DNA of 64,000 bases from Camelus dromedarius (lineage: Eukaryota): contig NC_087437.1 of the NCBI RefSeq assembly GCF_036321535.1, positions 47,122,001 through 47,186,000 of the forward strand. Direction: 5' to 3'. The first letter of the stretch is position 1; every line of letters starts with the position of its first letter. A program made the translations under genes and the position numbers. Of the stretch, positions 63,880 through 64,000 are shown piece after piece. The notes beneath the pieces are model-generated. The model ran no database searches. It saw only the letters and a program-made list of their open reading frames with translations, and had not been told where the DNA came from.

Positions 63880-64000
63880 AGAACAGTGTGAAATAGGGGA
63901 GGAGGAGATGGGGCTGGCAGACAACCTTGGGTTCAAATCCCAGCTCTTCACCTACTTGTTATGCAGATTTGGGCAAGTTACTTAATTTTTCTGAACCTGC
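63880..64000 (+). mobile_element. MIR SINE, cut by the window end
   Basis: gggttcaaatcccagctct...ttgggcaagttacttaatttttctgaacct. Confidence 0.88.

Overview
AT-rich eutherian (placental mammal) genomic DNA, most likely the 5' region and a very long intron of a large gene, or gene-desert DNA. I find no credible protein-coding gene, tRNA, rRNA or CRISPR array. The listed ORFs are short, lack recognisable domains and mostly overlap decayed repeats; the only recognisable protein remnant is the LINE-1 ORF2 C-terminus at about 53.9-54.1 kb. Much of the window is ancient interspersed repeat (MIR/MIR3, L2, L3/CR1, old L1M, MER5 and other hAT elements, one Tigger2-like MITE, two MLT1-like LTRs), and I saw no young lineage-specific SINE. 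The most function-like parts are a repeat-free, locally CpG-enriched block at about 0-2.8 kb with + strand splice signals (candidate promoter and 5' exons), a well-formed candidate + strand exon at 40772-40877, and several repeat-free motif-dense blocks (candidate enhancers). I could not identify the host gene and found no convincing novel biological system. Repeat families were recognised by eye from remembered consensus motifs, so boundaries are approximate (tens of bp) and subfamily names are tentative.
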